Assembly (NCBI GenBank): GCA_045539695.1
Contig: JAZQFX010000029.1
Location: forward strand, 275 to 64,274
Length of the DNA: 64,000 nucleotides
Source of the DNA: Acutalibacteraceae bacterium
Lineage (GTDB): Bacteria; Bacillota; Clostridia; Oscillospirales; Acutalibacteraceae
Direction of reading: 5' to 3'
This document shows positions 43,021 to 53,649 of this stretch, piece after piece (the first letter of the stretch is position 1; the number at the start of each line of letters is the position of its first letter). The position numbers and the translations under genes are program-made. The notes under the pieces were generated by a model. The model did no database searches. It worked only from the letters and a program-made list of their open reading frames with translations, and had not been told where the DNA came from.

Positions 43021-43839
43021 ATGAAGAAGAAAACCGTTCCTTTAATATACAACCAACAGCACCGACGAAAAATAGGGGATTTTTTAGTGTGCCAAAACGT
43101 GCTTAACCAAAATCATCCTCTTCATCAGCACGATTTTTATGAAATCGAATATATAACCGAGGGTAGCGGCACCCATCTTATAAACGATAAGTCATATTCT
43201 GTGCAAAAGGGTGATTTGCTGTTTATTACTCCTATGGATTTTCACGGCTTTGAAACCCAAAACATAAAAACAATAACTCTTCACTTTTTTGCAAAAGATA
43301 TGTCACCAGAAATTGCACAAATACTTGGCTTTCTTAATGCCGATATTGTAAAGGATGTAGGTGAGAAAACGGTTGCCGATTTAGAATATCTTGTAAAGGT
43401 TTTTAAAGCTAACCGTAACTACGCTGTTTTACAAATTAAAAATGTTATAGAAATAATTATTCTTGACCTCTTCGGCGGTAAGGCGTTTAGCTTTGAACAA
43501 AAGTATGCTTCAGACAGCGTTTCGCAAGCGATAGGATATATAAATATAAATTTCAGACAAGAAATTACCCTTAACGCAATAAAAGACAGGTTTAATATTT
43601 CGCCTGCATACTTTAGCCGCGAATTCAAGCGCCGCACGGGTATGTGTTTTAATGATTACCTCGCGGAAAAGCGTTTCGATTATGCTAAAAAGCTACTCAA
43701 AAATGGAAATCGGGTAATTGACGCTTGCCTTGAAAGCGGCTTTGGCACCGTGCGTAACTTTAGCCGGCGCTTTAAAGAAAAGTATGGAATTACACCAAAA
43801 GAGTATGCAAAAGTAAAAATAATTCCTGAAAAGGTTTAA
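43021..43839 (+). CDS. AraC-family transcriptional regulator
   Basis: A C-terminal double HTH is present (ISPAYFSREFKRRTGMCFNDY...FGTVRNFSRRFKEKYGITPKEY). Confidence 0.85.
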   Translation: MKKKTVPLIYNQQHRRKIGDFLVCQNVLNQNHPLHQHDFYEIEYITEGSGTHLINDKSYSVQKGDLLFITPMDFHGFETQNIKTITLHFFAKDMSPEIAQILGFLNADIVKDVGEKTVADLEYLVKVFKANRNYAVLQIKNVIEIIILDLFGGKAFSFEQKYASDSVSQAIGYININFRQEITLNAIKDRFNISPAYFSREFKRRTGMCFNDYLAEKRFDYAKKLLKNGNRVIDACLESGFGTVRNFSRRFKEKYGITPKEYAKVKIIPEKV

Positions 43840-43905
43840 ATACTTCTTGTTATTTTTTGAGATAAATGCTATATTTGTGTTGAAAATAAATTAGGAGTTG
43901 ATTAT

Positions 43906-44895
43906 ATGGCAAAGGTACTTAACGGCACATCTATACCAAATATCCCGTGGGAAGAAAAGCCTGCTTCTTGTAAAGATGTTTGTTGGCGCAGCAGCCACAA
44001 TCCAATTCTTACGCGTGACGATATTGAGGACGCAAACAGTCTTTTTAACAGTTCGGTTATAGCGTATAAGGGGGAATTCCGCGGCATATTCCGTTGCGAT
44101 AAAACCGATATGCTTCCACTTCTCCATAAGGGAAAAAGTAAAGACGGTATCAACTGGGACATTGACGACGAGCCGCTCAAGTTTGAAAATGAGGTTGAAG
44201 GTCAGCGTTATGAATATGGATATGACCCACGTATTTGTGAGCTTGAAGGCAAGTACTATATCATCTGGTGCAGAAATTCAGCAACAAGCAACTGGGACCC
44301 AACCTTAGGTATGGCTTGGACCGAGGATTTCGAAAGTTTTTACCTTATGCAAAATCCATTTTTGCCATATAACCGCAATGGCTCACTATTTCCTCGCAAG
44401 ATAAACGGCTACTACCTGATGCTTTCTCGCCCAATGGCACCAAATCTTCCAACCGTTGGCAGTATTTATGCAAGCAAGAGTAAGAATTTGGAATTTTGGG
44501 GACACCATAGCTTTGTTATGGGGCCAAAAGGCGGCTGGCAATCTTGTAAGATAGGCTCAGGACCTACCCCTATCGAGACCGATGAGGGTTGGCTGCTTAT
44601 CTATCACGGTGTAAAGAAAACCTGTAACGGTCTTTGCTATTATGCGGGCGTGGCTATTCTTGATTTGGATGATCCTACAAAGGTTCTTTACCGCAGTAAG
44701 AAATACATACTAAGTCCTCGCGAGCTTTACGAGTGCGTGGGTGACGTACCAAACGTTGTGTTTCCGTGCGCTGCTTTGTGCGACGCTGATACAGGCAGGG
44801 TTACCATTTATTATGGCGCTGCAGATACCGTTGTTGGTATGGCGCACACTACAGTTGATGACTTAATTGAATTTGCAAAGAAAAATACGTTTTAA
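43906..44895 (+). CDS. GH130 beta-mannoside phosphorylase family protein
   Basis: Motifs present are NPILTRDDI, FNSSVIAYKGEFRGIFRCD and YYGAADTVVGMA. No signal peptide was seen. Confidence 0.8.
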   Translation: MAKVLNGTSIPNIPWEEKPASCKDVCWRSSHNPILTRDDIEDANSLFNSSVIAYKGEFRGIFRCDKTDMLPLLHKGKSKDGINWDIDDEPLKFENEVEGQRYEYGYDPRICELEGKYYIIWCRNSATSNWDPTLGMAWTEDFESFYLMQNPFLPYNRNGSLFPRKINGYYLMLSRPMAPNLPTVGSIYASKSKNLEFWGHHSFVMGPKGGWQSCKIGSGPTPIETDEGWLLIYHGVKKTCNGLCYYAGVAILDLDDPTKVLYRSKKYILSPRELYECVGDVPNVVFPCAALCDADTGRVTIYYGAADTVVGMAHTTVDDLIEFAKKNTF

Positions 44896-44902
44896 ATAAA
44901 AA

Positions 44903-44930
44903 ATCTCCCGAATTATCGGGAGATTTTTTA
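44903..44930 (+). terminator. Intrinsic terminator
   Basis: ATCTCCCG-AATTAT-CGGGAGAT followed by T5. Confidence 0.75.
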
Positions 44931-44991
44931 TTGTATTATATAATGTCTTCGTGTATAATAAAGATAATAAAATATTTGAGGAGATGTAACC

Positions 44992-45981
44992 ATGGCAAAA
45001 GTAATTAACGGAAAATCAATCCCCAATATGCCTTGGCAGGACAAACCTGTCGATTGTGACGAGGTTTTTTGGAGATATAGTGAAAACCCGATACTTTCAT
45101 ACAAAGATATTAAAAAGGCAAATACGTTATTTAACAGCTCGGTTATAACATTTAACGGTGAATTCCGCGGTGTGTTCCGTTGCGACCGTACCGATATGTT
45201 GCCTAAACTTCACGTTGGCAAGAGCAAGGACGGTATTCATTGGGACATAAATGATGAACCGCTTGAGTTTGAAAATAAAATTGACGGTGTTCCTTACGAA
45301 TACGGTTACGACCCACGCGTTTGCGAACTCGATGGCAGATACTATATTGTTTGGTGTACCGGTATGGCTAACTGGGATCCTACAATCGGTATGGCATATA
45401 CCGACGATTTTGAAAAATTTTATCATATGGAAAATGCGTTTTTGCCATATAACCGCAATGGTGTGTTGTTCCCACGTAAGATAAACGGTAAATATGTTAT
45501 GTTCTCACGTCCGTCAGAAGCAGGTCATGGAACACTTGGTGCCGGCAGTATTTATTATAGCGAAAGTCCCGACCTTACATATTGGGGCAAGCACCGCCTT
45601 GTTATGTCACCGGCTGGCGGTTGGCAAAGCGGAAAAATCGGCGGAGGTCCCACACCTATTGAGACTGACGAGGGTTGGCTTCTTATCTATCATGGCGTAA
45701 AGGGTACCTGCAATGGACTTTGTTACTATGCGGGCGCAGCGCTTTTGGACCTTGATGATCCTACCAAGGTGCTTTATCGCACAAAGCATTACGTGTTAGG
45801 ACCGCGTGAAATATATGAGCGCGCAGGCGACGTGCCAAACGTTGTGTTCCCTGTATCAACTCTATGCGATGCCGACACAGGCAGAATAGCTCTTTACTAC
45901 GGTGCGGCTGACACTTACGTAGGCGTAGCCTTTACAACCGTTGACGAGCTTATTAAATTTACAAAAGAAAATTCGCTTTAA
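44992..45981 (+). CDS. GH130 beta-mannoside phosphorylase family protein (tandem paralog)
   Basis: It is collinear with the upstream GH130 along its whole length and has the same size (329 aa). Confidence 0.8.
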   Translation: MAKVINGKSIPNMPWQDKPVDCDEVFWRYSENPILSYKDIKKANTLFNSSVITFNGEFRGVFRCDRTDMLPKLHVGKSKDGIHWDINDEPLEFENKIDGVPYEYGYDPRVCELDGRYYIVWCTGMANWDPTIGMAYTDDFEKFYHMENAFLPYNRNGVLFPRKINGKYVMFSRPSEAGHGTLGAGSIYYSESPDLTYWGKHRLVMSPAGGWQSGKIGGGPTPIETDEGWLLIYHGVKGTCNGLCYYAGAALLDLDDPTKVLYRTKHYVLGPREIYERAGDVPNVVFPVSTLCDADTGRIALYYGAADTYVGVAFTTVDELIKFTKENSL

Positions 45982-46004
45982 AGTTAGAAACACTTGACTG
46001 AATT

Positions 46005-46847
46005 TCAGTCAAGTGTTTTTTGTCGGTATTCACGCATTGTGACACCGTATTTTAATTTAAAACATTCCGATGCCCAGCTAATATTATTAAAACCACTGTC
46101 GAAAATAATTTGCGATATGCTGTAGTTAGAATTGCGAAGCATATTTGCAATAAAATTAAGTCGCAGGGAGTTTATATATTCGCTGACCGTCATACCGGTA
46201 TATTGTTTAATTGAGCGTGATATATGCTCGCGGCTTTTGTCGCTTAGACTAAAAAAGTAATCAGAACCGAGCGCAAAATTACCGTCACGTTTCATTTTTT
46301 CACACATTTGCTCAAGCCATACGGGCATATCCTCGTGTATTTGCTCACCTGCGGCAAAATAGCGCGTAAAGGTATTAAACAAAAAGCTTCTCATAGCGGT
46401 TTTAAGCTCGGCGGTGTTTTGCGGGTCAATGGCCTTAATGCTTTCAAAACGATTGGTAAAACGCTTCAGGTCATAGTCGTTGAGGTGAATTTCGGGCGGC
46501 ATTGGCGAGCTTATAAGCTGCTTGCTTGGAAAGCCGTCACCCAAAAATTCAAATATTTTTGCAGCCGTATTTGCAGAAAAAGAAATGTTTAAAAAAACAA
46601 ACGGTTTTGAATTTATAGCTACATAATCGTGCGTGTCATTAGGGCGAATAAACACAAGGCTACCCTTGGTGAGCTTGGTTTTACTGCCGTTTATAAGGTG
46701 ATAGGCATTACCCTCTAAAATGATAAAGAACTCATAAAATTCGTGATAGTGTGGGTCAAAATGCTCGGTATCACTGTAAACATAGCGGTATAAGCATTCA
46801 AGATTATTATTAAATTCGTATTCATTTGTAAGCAGTTTCGGTTCCAT
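46005..46847 (-). CDS. AraC-family transcriptional regulator
   Basis: It has a cupin-like N-terminus and a C-terminal HTH (ISQIIFDSGFNNISWASECFKLKYGVTMREY). Confidence 0.85.
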   Translation of the reverse strand: MEPKLLTNEYEFNNNLECLYRYVYSDTEHFDPHYHEFYEFFIILEGNAYHLINGSKTKLTKGSLVFIRPNDTHDYVAINSKPFVFLNISFSANTAAKIFEFLGDGFPSKQLISSPMPPEIHLNDYDLKRFTNRFESIKAIDPQNTAELKTAMRSFLFNTFTRYFAAGEQIHEDMPVWLEQMCEKMKRDGNFALGSDYFFSLSDKSREHISRSIKQYTGMTVSEYINSLRLNFIANMLRNSNYSISQIIFDSGFNNISWASECFKLKYGVTMREYRQKTLD

Positions 46848-46964
46848 AGTGCCTCCACAAATATCAAAATACCATAATTATAGTATCACATTACCACTTG
46901 AATTTCAAGCGGTTTAATAATAAAATAAAATCATAAAACTATATGTTTGAAAGGCGGACTATTT

Positions 46965-49900
46965 ATGGCATTTATTGATGAAAAAATCAGAATAACATGG
47001 CAAAAACTTAATCAGTTTGCAAACACAAAGCTCTACGACATTGTAGATGCCGAATATTTGCAGTGTGACTACAAAACCGACAACGTTTTACCCGGTGACG
47101 ATGCCGCGTGGCAACCCTTTACCCGAGATACCCGAATGACCGGCCGCGACGCGCACTACTGGATTAGAACCAGCTTTAAAACTCCGCCTAAAAAAGCGAA
47201 CACTTCTTATTATATTAAGTGCACCACAGGCTATGAAGGTCAGTGGGACGGCACAAATCCACAGGGTCTTATTTTCTTAAACGGCGAAATGGTGCAGGGT
47301 ATAGACACCAACCACACCGAGATTTATCTTGATGCTGATACCGAATATACCATGTACAACTATTTTTATTTAGGACTTGAAAAAAACAACGTTCCGCTTT
47401 TTATGTCTATGTTTGAATTAGACGAAAAAAGCGAACAACTTTACTATGATATTCGTGTGCCCTATGACGTATTTATGATGCACAAGCAAAACGAGGATCC
47501 ACACGAAATCATTATACCCGTGCTTGAGCAAACCTGTAACCTTATAGATTTTCGCAAGCCCCGCAGCGACGAGTATGAGGCAAGTGTTGCTAAAGCCGTA
47601 GACTTTATTGCAAAAGAATTTTACGACAAGCTTTGCACCGAAGAGGGCAAGCCTATTGTTGACTGCATAGCTCATACCCACATTGATATAGAGTGGCTCT
47701 GGGCGCGTGCACAAACAAGAGAAAAAATTCAGCGCAGTTTTACAAACGTATTGGCGCTTATGAAAAAGTACCCCGAATATAAGTTTATGCTTTCTCAGCC
47801 CGAGCTTTACCGCTATCTAAAGGAAGAGGCTCCCGAAAAGTATGAGGAATTAAAGCAGCTTATTGCCGAGGGTAGATGGGAACCCGAAGGTTCAATGTAC
47901 GTTGAGGCCGATTGTAACCTTATAAGCGGCGAAAGCCTTGTTCGTCAAATTTATCAGGGTAAAAAGTTCTTTAAAGACGAGTTTGGTGTTGAAAATAAAA
48001 TACTCTTCTTGCCTGACGTTTTCGGCTATTCTGCTGCACTACCTCAGATACTTAAAAAGAGTGGAATTCGCCACTTTGTAACCTCTAAAATTTCTTGGAA
48101 CGAAACCAACACAATGCCCGTTGACACATTTATGTGGCAGGGCCTTGACGGTACTGAAATATTTACAAACTTTATTACCGCGCAGGCCTATCACGGCATA
48201 GACCCCGACAGATACACAACCTATGTAGCGCACAACAACCCTAATGAAATCAAGGGTACTTGGAACAAGTTTGCAAACAAGCAGTACTCTAACCACGCGC
48301 TTACAACCTACGGCTTTGGTGACGGCGGCGGTGGTCCTACCAAAGAAATGCTTGAAAAACAACGCCGTATGGCACGCGGTATTCCCGGTATGCCGGTTAC
48401 AAAATTGCCAACATTACTTGAGCATCTTGACACCAAGCGAGAGGAATTTGACGCCGCTTGTAAGAAACTAAAGCGCACACCAAAATGGGTGGGCGAGCTA
48501 TATCTTGAGCTGCATCGCGGCACATATACCTCTATGGCAAAAAATAAGCGCGGCAACCGACTAAGCGAAATGGCACTCGGCAAGGCAGAGGGTATATCAT
48601 ACATTGGCTCAATGCTTGGCAGTAATTACGACGCAAAGGGTCTATATCACAACTGGAACCTTGTTCTTCACAACCAGTTCCACGATATAATCCCCGGTTC
48701 TTCTATTAAAGAGGTTTATGACGGCACCGATATCGATTACAAACAAATTGCCGAATATACCGACAGCGTTATAAATGAAAAGTTGGATGTTATTGCAAAC
48801 AATATTACCACAGACGGCGGTGTATTGGTTTACAACCCATCAGGCTTTGAACGTAAGGGTATTGCAACTGTTGACGGTAAAACAGTAGAGCTTACCGACA
48901 GCATTCCTGCATTCGGCTTTAAGGTTATAAACAGCTACAATGATAAAGCTGACGTTACACTAAACGGCCTTACCGCCGAAAACAAGTTCTATAAAATGAC
49001 ACTCGATAACGCGGGTAGAATAGTAGAGCTTTATGACAAAAAGGCAGACCGACAGGTGTTAAAGCAGGGCGAATTAGGCAACGAATTCCAAGCGTTTGAG
49101 GATTACCCACGCCTTTATGATAACTGGGAAATCACCGATTATTATAAGGAAAAGAAATGGGTGCTTGATGATGACGCCACCATTACACCTATTACCGACG
49201 GCTCTCGCGCAGGCTTTAAGGTGGTTAAAAAATATCTTGATTCCGAAATTGCACAAAACATTTGGCTCTATTCCGATACAGGTCGTATTGACTTTGACAC
49301 CACACTCGACTGGCACGAGCACCACCAGGTATTAAAGGTTGCTTTCCCTGTTGACGTTCTTGCCAATACCGCAACCTATGAGACACAATTTGGTCATATT
49401 GAGCGTCCAACCCACGCAAACACCAGCTGGGATGCCGCTAAATTTGAGGTTTGCGCTCACAAGTGGATTACCGTTGCCGATAGCGGTTATGGTGTGGGAC
49501 TGCTTAACGACTGCAAATACGGTTTTAATACCGAGGGCAGCACAATGAAGCTTACTGTGCTTAAATGTAGTCAGTACCCCAATGCCGAGGCCGACCAGGG
49601 CGAGCATAAGCTTACCTATTCAATTATGGCTTATGAGGGTGATTTCCGCGAAGCAGGTCTTATAAACGAAGCGTATGCGCTAAATCAGCCATTTACCGTA
49701 GCCGAGGTAAAGGCAAACAGCGGCTCGCTTGCCGACGAGTTCTCACTCGTTTCTTGCGACAAGCCAAATGTTATTGTCGAAACGGTTAAAAAGGCAGAGG
49801 CAGACGACGGCATGATAGTACGTATGTACGATGCATTTAACCGCCGCGCAAACGCTACCATCACCGTAGCAGACGGCTTTAAGGTGGCATATTTGTGCGA

Positions 49901-50000
49901 CCTTATGGAAAACGAAATAGAGGAACTTAAATTCGACGGCAACAAGGTCACCGTTCCCGTATCAAACTTTGAGATAGTAACACTTAAGTTTGTGAAATAA
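46965..50000 (+). CDS. GH38 alpha-mannosidase
   Basis: Motifs present are HTHIDIEWLW, FLPDVFGYS and LHNQFHDIIPGSSI. The start was moved to MAFIDEK (GGCGGA RBS). Confidence 0.85.
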   Translation: MAFIDEKIRITWQKLNQFANTKLYDIVDAEYLQCDYKTDNVLPGDDAAWQPFTRDTRMTGRDAHYWIRTSFKTPPKKANTSYYIKCTTGYEGQWDGTNPQGLIFLNGEMVQGIDTNHTEIYLDADTEYTMYNYFYLGLEKNNVPLFMSMFELDEKSEQLYYDIRVPYDVFMMHKQNEDPHEIIIPVLEQTCNLIDFRKPRSDEYEASVAKAVDFIAKEFYDKLCTEEGKPIVDCIAHTHIDIEWLWARAQTREKIQRSFTNVLALMKKYPEYKFMLSQPELYRYLKEEAPEKYEELKQLIAEGRWEPEGSMYVEADCNLISGESLVRQIYQGKKFFKDEFGVENKILFLPDVFGYSAALPQILKKSGIRHFVTSKISWNETNTMPVDTFMWQGLDGTEIFTNFITAQAYHGIDPDRYTTYVAHNNPNEIKGTWNKFANKQYSNHALTTYGFGDGGGGPTKEMLEKQRRMARGIPGMPVTKLPTLLEHLDTKREEFDAACKKLKRTPKWVGELYLELHRGTYTSMAKNKRGNRLSEMALGKAEGISYIGSMLGSNYDAKGLYHNWNLVLHNQFHDIIPGSSIKEVYDGTDIDYKQIAEYTDSVINEKLDVIANNITTDGGVLVYNPSGFERKGIATVDGKTVELTDSIPAFGFKVINSYNDKADVTLNGLTAENKFYKMTLDNAGRIVELYDKKADRQVLKQGELGNEFQAFEDYPRLYDNWEITDYYKEKKWVLDDDATITPITDGSRAGFKVVKKYLDSEIAQNIWLYSDTGRIDFDTTLDWHEHHQVLKVAFPVDVLANTATYETQFGHIERPTHANTSWDAAKFEVCAHKWITVADSGYGVGLLNDCKYGFNTEGSTMKLTVLKCSQYPNAEADQGEHKLTYSIMAYEGDFREAGLINEAYALNQPFTVAEVKANSGSLADEFSLVSCDKPNVIVETVKKAEADDGMIVRMYDAFNRRANATITVADGFKVAYLCDLMENEIEELKFDGNKVTVPVSNFEIVTLKFVK

Positions 50001-50009
50001 TTTTTAACC

Positions 50010-50040
50010 AAAACCGAGATAAATTTTATCTCGGTTTTGT
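50010..50040 (+). terminator. Intrinsic terminator
   Basis: AAACCGAGATAAA / TTTATCTCGGTTT followed by a T-run. Confidence 0.7.
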
Positions 50041-50113
50041 TAATAAATCACAGTTGAAATTTTTAAATTAATACTATATAATATTACACGAAAAAATTAA
50101 AGGAGGAGCAAAA

Positions 50114-50344
50114 ATGAAAAAGATTATTTGCAAGGTAGAATACGATACCGAAACCGCAGCGCTTATTAAAAAGCATACATACGGTGCGTTTGGTGACACC
50201 GACGGTTATGAAGAAAGCCTTTATGTAACCGAAAGCGGTAAATTTTTTCTTTATGTAAATGGCGGTGTTGACTCTATTTACCCTGAGGAAAACATCAAGA
50301 GAATGTCTGCCGAAAAGGCTGACGAGTGGCGCAAGGCTCACTAA
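50114..50344 (+). CDS. Small hypothetical protein (76 aa)
   Basis: An AAAGGAGGAG RBS is present, and the gene has its own GC-rich terminator at 50358-50391. Confidence 0.5.
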   Translation: MKKIICKVEYDTETAALIKKHTYGAFGDTDGYEESLYVTESGKFFLYVNGGVDSIYPEENIKRMSAEKADEWRKAH

Positions 50345-50441
50345 TTCTAAACGCAGGTTCGGCGTGGCGACTTTACGCCGCGCCGAATTTTGTATTTGCA
50401 ATGGGAGATAATAAGTTTATCTCAAAAAAGAAGGTTTTTAA

Positions 50442-51239
50442 ATGCTTATAGATTTTCATACCCACTGTTTCCCCGACAAAATAGCGCCTAAAGCTATCGA
50501 AAAATTAAGCTTTACTTCGGGCGGACTGACCCCCTATACCGATGGCACGGTATCGGGACTTAAAGATTCTATGAAAAAGGGCGGGGTAGATGCATCGGTA
50601 GTGTTAAATATTGCTACCAACGCGCATCAGCAGCACAGTGTAAATGATTTTGCCGCGTCGATAAATGATAATAAAACTATTTTTTCGTTCGGTTCGGTTT
50701 TTCCGTTCAGTGAGGATGCGTTCGACGAGCTTGAACGCATAAAAGAATTAGGGCTTAAGGGCGTTAAGCTGCACCCCGATTATCAGGGCTTTAATGTTGA
50801 CGATATTCGACTTAAACCGCTTTATAAAAAGATTTCGGAGCTTGGACTTATCACCGTTTTCCATGCAGGGTTTGACTACGGCTTTGCACCGCCTTACGGC
50901 GCCACGCCCGACAAAATGGCACGTGCGCTTGAGTGGTTTAGCACGCCCGTGGTAGCGGCTCATTGGGGCGGCATTAACTGTAACGAGGATGTAATTAAAT
51001 ATCTTTGCGGAAAGGATATTTATTTTGATGTTTCGTTTGGCTATGCAATGATGCCAAAATATTACGCCGAAAAGATTATGTCGCTTCACACACCCGACCG
51101 TATGCTTTTTGGTACCGATACTCCGTGGCATACGCCCGATATGGAAAAAAGATTGCTTAATACACTTGGTTTATCGGTCGAAGATATGGACAAAATCACA
51201 CACAAAAACGCCGGGAGACTTTTGGGGATAGAAAAATGA
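50442..51239 (+). CDS. Amidohydrolase-family TIM-barrel metal hydrolase
   Basis: MLIDFHTHCFPDKIA (HxH) and a later HAG/H motif are present. Confidence 0.7.
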   Translation: MLIDFHTHCFPDKIAPKAIEKLSFTSGGLTPYTDGTVSGLKDSMKKGGVDASVVLNIATNAHQQHSVNDFAASINDNKTIFSFGSVFPFSEDAFDELERIKELGLKGVKLHPDYQGFNVDDIRLKPLYKKISELGLITVFHAGFDYGFAPPYGATPDKMARALEWFSTPVVAAHWGGINCNEDVIKYLCGKDIYFDVSFGYAMMPKYYAEKIMSLHTPDRMLFGTDTPWHTPDMEKRLLNTLGLSVEDMDKITHKNAGRLLGIEK

Positions 51240-52456
51240 TAAACTATAATCGTCTTAAATGGGCGGCATATACCGCAAATCTTTCAATGTCGGTGGTGGC
51301 TTGTCTTTCACCACTGCTGTTTGTAACTTTTCGTACACTTTATGGCATTTCTTTCACCAAGCTTGGACTTCTTGTTTTAATAAACTTTTTAACCCAGCTT
51401 GGCATTGATTTGATGCTGTCGTTTATTCCGCATAAATTTAACATCAAAAAAACTGTGCGGCTTATTCCCGTGCTTGTGACAACAGGACTTTTAATATATG
51501 CAGTATTTCCGTTTGTTTTCCCAAACCACGTATATATAGGGCTTTTGATAGGCACTATAATTTTCTCGGCTTCAAGCGGCTTTAACGAGGTTTTGGCAAA
51601 TCCACTTATACTATCTATTCCGTCCGATAATCCCGACAAGGAAATCAGCAAATTACACGCGGTATACCCTTGGGGTGTAGTTGGTGTAATAATTGTGGGC
51701 ACTGCGTTTTTGTTCTTTGCAGGCAGCGAGAATTGGCAGTGGTTGGCAATGCTGTTTTTACTTATTCCCATAACCTCAACCGCTTTGTTTTTCTCTACCG
51801 ATATGCCCGAAATAGAAACACCACAAAAGGCGTCGGGAATTGTAAAGTTGCTAAAAAACAAAATGCTTTGGCTATGCGTTACGGCAATATTCTTTGGCGG
51901 TGCCGCCGAGATGATAATGACTCAGTGGTGTTCGGCTTATCTTGAAAAATCGATGGGTATTCCAAAAATTTGGGGTGACCTATTGGGCATGGCGCTTTTT
52001 GCACTATTTTTGGGACTGGGCCGCACAATTTACAGCGCAAGGGGCAAAAGTGTTAGCAGGGTTTTGATTTTCGGCTCGGCAGGCGCATTTATCTGTTACA
52101 TAACAGCGGCACTTACAAGTAATGCTATAGTTGGAATTATTGCTTGCGTATTTACGGGCTTTTGTGTGTCTATGCTTTGGCCCGGCAGCATACTCGTATC
52201 GTCCGAGCGTTTTCCATCGGGCGGTGTGTTCATTTTTGCTATGATGGCATCGGGCGGCGATTTGGGCGCGGCGATTGGTCCGCAACTCTTAGGCTCGGTT
52301 ACCGACAAAGCGATGACACTGCCTGTCGTTGCACAATATGCCGAGCAATTATCTATGACTGCCGAGCAGTTGAGTATGAAAATAGGTATACTTTCAGGAG
52401 CAATTTTTCCGCTTTTGGCAATACCGTTTATGATTGCTATAACTAAAAAGAAATGA
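51236..52456 (+). CDS. MFS transporter
   Basis: It has about 12 hydrophobic segments. It overlaps the upstream gene by 4 nt. Confidence 0.7.
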   Translation: MINYNRLKWAAYTANLSMSVVACLSPLLFVTFRTLYGISFTKLGLLVLINFLTQLGIDLMLSFIPHKFNIKKTVRLIPVLVTTGLLIYAVFPFVFPNHVYIGLLIGTIIFSASSGFNEVLANPLILSIPSDNPDKEISKLHAVYPWGVVGVIIVGTAFLFFAGSENWQWLAMLFLLIPITSTALFFSTDMPEIETPQKASGIVKLLKNKMLWLCVTAIFFGGAAEMIMTQWCSAYLEKSMGIPKIWGDLLGMALFALFLGLGRTIYSARGKSVSRVLIFGSAGAFICYITAALTSNAIVGIIACVFTGFCVSMLWPGSILVSSERFPSGGVFIFAMMASGGDLGAAIGPQLLGSVTDKAMTLPVVAQYAEQLSMTAEQLSMKIGILSGAIFPLLAIPFMIAITKKK

Positions 52457-52463
52457 GTTTATT

Positions 52464-53636
52464 ATGGATATAAAACAAGAATCATTAAAAAAGCACTATG
52501 AATGGCAGGGTAAAATAGAGGTTGTGTCGCGCACAGACGTGCGTGACAGCAAGGCGCTGTCTTTGGCCTACACACCGGGCGTTGCCGAGCCTTGCCTTGA
52601 AATTCAAAAGGATATAGACAAATCATATGAGCTTACACGCCGCAGTAACCTTGTGGCTGTTATAACCGACGGCAGCGCGGTTTTAGGCCTTGGTGACATT
52701 GGAGCCGAGGCAGGAATGCCCGTTATGGAGGGTAAATGCGTGCTTTTTAAAGAATTTGCCGATGTTGACGCCTTTCCGCTTTGCATAAAGTCGCAAGATA
52801 TTGACGAAATTGTGCGCACAATTTATTTGCTGTCAGGCTCATTTGGTGGAATAAATCTTGAGGATATAGCCGCGCCTCGCTGCTTTGAGATAGAAAGACG
52901 TCTTAAAGAAATTTGCGACATACCCGTTTTCCACGACGATCAGCACGGCACCGCCGTTGTGGTGGCTGCTGCGTTGATTAACGCTCTTAAGGTGGTTGGC
53001 AAAAGCATTGCCGATATAAAATGTGTAATAAACGGTGCAGGTGCTGCAGGCACGGCAATCGGTGAGCATCTATTGGATATGGGGGTTAAAAACCTTGTTA
53101 TGTGCGACAAAGCGGGCGCAATATATAACGGTGCGCTACATTTAAGTGATGCACACAAAAAGCTTGCCCAAAAGACTAATCCAAACTGCGAAAAGGGCAG
53201 TCTTGCCGAAGTGCTTAAAAATGCCGATGTGTTTATCGGTGTATCGGCGCCAAACATTGTAACGCGCGAAATGATAGCATCTATGAACAGCGGCTCAATT
53301 GTGTTTCCAATGGCGAACCCCGTGCCCGAGATTATGCCCGACGAGGCGCTTGCGGGGGGTGCAATAGTTGTAGGCACCGGTAGGTCTGATTTTGCAAATC
53401 AGATAAACAATGTATTGGCTTTTCCAGGTATATTCCGCGGCGCGCTCGATGTAAGAGCCGCTGATATTAACAAGCAAATGCTAACTGCGGCCTCGCGCGC
53501 TATTGCGTCTTTAGTAAGTGACGCTGAGCTTAGCGCCGACTACATATTACCAAAAGCGTTTGACAAACGCATAGCGCCAACAGTAGCGTCGGCTGTAGCC
53601 GAAGCCGCGCGCAAAAGCGGCGTAACCAGAATTTAA
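52464..53636 (+). CDS. NAD(P)-dependent malic enzyme
   Basis: Motifs present are LAYTPGVAEPC, VITDGSAVLGLGDIG, PVFHDDQHGTA and INGAGAAG. Confidence 0.85.
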   Translation: MDIKQESLKKHYEWQGKIEVVSRTDVRDSKALSLAYTPGVAEPCLEIQKDIDKSYELTRRSNLVAVITDGSAVLGLGDIGAEAGMPVMEGKCVLFKEFADVDAFPLCIKSQDIDEIVRTIYLLSGSFGGINLEDIAAPRCFEIERRLKEICDIPVFHDDQHGTAVVVAAALINALKVVGKSIADIKCVINGAGAAGTAIGEHLLDMGVKNLVMCDKAGAIYNGALHLSDAHKKLAQKTNPNCEKGSLAEVLKNADVFIGVSAPNIVTREMIASMNSGSIVFPMANPVPEIMPDEALAGGAIVVGTGRSDFANQINNVLAFPGIFRGALDVRAADINKQMLTAASRAIASLVSDAELSADYILPKAFDKRIAPTVASAVAEAARKSGVTRI

Positions 53637-53649
53637 AGGAGATATAACT

